Source: Octopus bimaculoides
Lineage: Eukaryota
Length of the DNA: 34,093 bases
Reading direction: 5' to 3'
NCBI RefSeq assembly: GCF_001194135.2
Contig: NC_069000.1
Span: 44,529,159-44,563,251 of the forward strand
Under the pieces are notes generated by a model that was not told the DNA's origin, did not search any database, and saw only the letters and a list, made by a program, of their open reading frames with translations. Every line of letters begins with the position of its first letter. Position 1 is the stretch's first letter. Position numbers and translations under genes: made by a program. Positions 31,846 to 34,093 of the stretch are shown one piece after another.

Positions 31846-32340
31846 AAACATATCTATCGGTCGATCAGTCGATCTGACGGTCAGTCTGTATGTAAACAAG
31901 GGAGCGGTATGGTTGATTAATTATTCAACAACGCATACATCAAAAATGGCCAAACATACAAGGCATTTAGAAACAAGCCGCTTCACACACCCACACACAA
32001 ACATACAGAAAACGCATATACAAACACACACACACACTCATACAAACGCAGCAGGGGATGCGATGAGTTCATGAAATATATATTTAAAATTACGTTCATA
32101 AAACATGTAAGGTCCGGTTGATGATCTCAAAGAATAATTAGTCTGAACATGAATACACGTGGCGCCATCTATGATAGCTTTATGAATTAGTGATGGTGCT
32201 TTTTACGTAGTTGCTCGAGATTCTTGAAATAGTAACCAAATCGCCTTATAAACAGAAATGTAAATGGATTTGTAGCCAAATCGATCGATAGATAAAAAAA
32301 ATAGCCAAATTGATAAATAGTTCGATAGATAAACACGTTT

Positions 32341-32510
32341 GTGGCTGTATGGTAAGAACCTTGCTTCGCAACCACATGGTTTTGGGTTCATTCCTACTGC
32401 GTGGCACCTTAGGCAAGTGTCTTCTTCTATAGCCTTGGGCCAATCAAAGTATTGTCTTCTGAGTGGATTTGGAAAACGGAAACTGAAAGAAGCCCGTCGT
32501 TTATATATAC

Positions 32511-32546
<36 letters not shown>

Positions 32547-32888
32547 NNNNNNNNNNNNNNNNNNNNNNNNNNNNNNNNNNNNNNNNNNNNNNNNNNNNNN
32601 NNNNNNNNNNNNNNNNNNNNNNNNNNNNNNNNNNNNNNNNNNNNNNNNNNNNNNNNNNNNNNNNNNNNNNNNNNNNNNNNNNNNNNNNNNNNNNNNNNNN
32701 NNNNNNNNNNNNNNNNNNNNNNNNNNNNNNNNNNNNNNNNNNNNNNNNNNNNNNNNNNNNNNNNNNNNNNNNNNACGATAGAATACGTACTAGGCTTACA
32801 AAGAAAAAGTCCTGGGATCGATTTTTTTTGCTAAAAACCCTATGAGGCGGTGCTCCAGCATGGTCGCAGTCAAATGACTGAAATCAGT
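32341..32888 (+). mobile_element. Composite SINE B/D with internal (TA)n and gap
   Basis: B head at 32341-32500, (TA)n, gap, D tail at 32776-32888 (GATAGAATA.GTACTAGGCTTACAAAG...GCAGTCAAATGACTGAAA). Confidence 0.85.
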
Positions 32889-32890
32889 CA

Positions 32891-33130
32891 TATTGCCTTC
32901 GAAACGCGGAGTAGATGGAACAGGGACAACTGAAGAAGGGTAATTTTCTTTATGTTGCATGTCTCGTTTCTCTGTTTTTTTCGTTGTTCGAAAAAAGTTC
33001 GTTTTCTGTTTTCGTCTTTCTGTTTTCGTTTCTCATTGTGTTTAACGTTTCTTGTGATGTCCTGTACCCATATATGCATGTATGTATACATATAGATGTA
33101 GGTATGTACATATATGTATGGATATATGCA
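32891..33130 (+). mobile_element. Dispersed repeat family F
   Basis: Homologous to 20110-20345. Confidence 0.75.
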
Positions 33131-33131
33131 T

Positions 33132-33441
33132 ATAATTATACATATAGAAAAGAAAAGAATTGGAGCAATAATTAACAATGAGAAGTTGATCATTGGTATG
33201 AAAAAGTCATTGTTTAATTGTAGTTCGGATCCATTTATAGCTGCTGATATTCCTCTAAATCATTCTGACGTTGTTTGTTAAATGGAACGAGATTAATGGA
33301 AATTCACCATGATTTGATAAACAGAAACAGCTGTAAATGGTTCCGAACTGCAATTAAATAATGACTTTTTAATTTCAATGATCCACTTCTCATTGTTAAT
33401 TATTGGTCCATTTCTTTTCTCTTCTATATATATATAATTAT
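33132..33441. mobile_element. Fold-back MITE with arms of about 112 bp
   Basis: 33132-33243 is an imperfect reverse complement of 33328-33441 with an 84-nt spacer; both ends are TA-rich. Confidence 0.85.
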
Positions 33442-33544
33442 TACAGACAAGAAAGTGAATTTCGAACACAGTATAGCTGTGAAAAACAGCAGAGAAAAAT
33501 TCGGTATTAACCCTAAGAAACGAGAAAAAAAGTTGCCAACAGAC

Positions 33545-33616
33545 ACTACAGGAAATCGAACCCCGCACCCCACAAATAGTGGTTGGGCGCTTTAACTGTT
33601 AAGCTAAATGGCTCCT
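33545..33616 (-). pseudogene. tRNA-like sequence (tRNA pseudogene or SINE head)
   Basis: Reverse complement has TAGCTTAACAGTTAAAGC (D arm, A box), a 4/5-paired anticodon stem and GGTTCGATTTCC (T loop, B box). The acceptor stem does not pair. Confidence 0.55.
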
Positions 33617-34093
33617 GAGATATATGCTTATGGATTAGACGCATTATGCAGTGATATGTAGGAATACTAACCTTATTGTTCGACATTTGATAGTTTCAAG
33701 CAAATTTCTACTGCATCACCCGCAACACCTCCATGTCGCTGAGGTGTGTGCAGCATTGTGTGTGTCTGTTTTTTTAATTAATATGGCTGTTGTTGTTGTG
33801 TTGTTATTGTTGTGATAAACGAGTGTTAAACAAGGTCAATTCATTACACAACCAACTCTTCAATCATGACGTTTTCTCTAAGTCGTGACTGTCCTCCATT
33901 AACGGCGGGTTTCGTGTCAACACTGGCAGGAGAAAATTCATTGAAAAATTGTTGGTCCTATCAGTTTAGTAATGTCTCTTGATTTCACAGATTGAACTCT
34001 TTGTTATTTTTACGCTTGCATATATACATATTTAGGTATAGATATGTATAATTTGTTTCCTTCTTTGTTCGTCTGTTTTCGTTGCGGTTTGTA

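Noticed and set aside
1734-32845. Long ORFs in the track that span N runs or microsatellites (poly-X, poly-I/L/N/Y, YIYI, CVCV, HTHT)
   Set aside because: They are open only because Ns and simple repeats contain no stop codons; there is no coding signal.
33545-33616. Functional tRNA gene
   Set aside because: The acceptor stem does not pair and the anticodon loop is non-canonical; kept only as a tRNA-like relic.
1-34093. CRISPR arrays, operons or other prokaryotic systems
   Set aside because: The sequence is eukaryotic (spliceosomal introns, SINEs). Repeats are dispersed or simple, with no repeat-spacer periodicity.
29941-34093. Exon 7 of the PKHD1L1-like gene (expected VY.GG..C motif)
   Set aside because: No matching phase-2 exon found in the readable sequence; it lies in a gap or beyond the window.

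Overview
This is eukaryotic genomic DNA from a gapped draft assembly with many N runs. It is AT-rich and packed with di-, tri- and tetranucleotide microsatellites and tRNA-derived SINEs; the repeat content suggests an octopus/cephalopod genome (inference). Almost every ORF in the supplied track is a microsatellite or N-gap artefact. The real protein-coding content is a spliced + strand gene: six coding exons (11466-11565, 20465-20545, 24269-24410, 25708-25816, 28287-28344, 29847-29940) with GT-AG borders and compatible phases. They encode a signal peptide plus the first IPT/TIG region of a fibrocystin-L (PKHD1L1-like) protein, and the gene continues beyond what is visible here. The rest is transposon debris: three R4/Dong-like RLE non-LTR retrotransposon fragments next to (TAA)n arrays, a decayed Penelope-like RT, several mariner remnants, fold-back MITEs and several SINE families. 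The most interesting item is a non-autonomous element with a tRNA-like Pol III head, an (AAT)n spacer and a Penelope-type minimal hammerhead ribozyme tail. Family labels A-F are my own working names.
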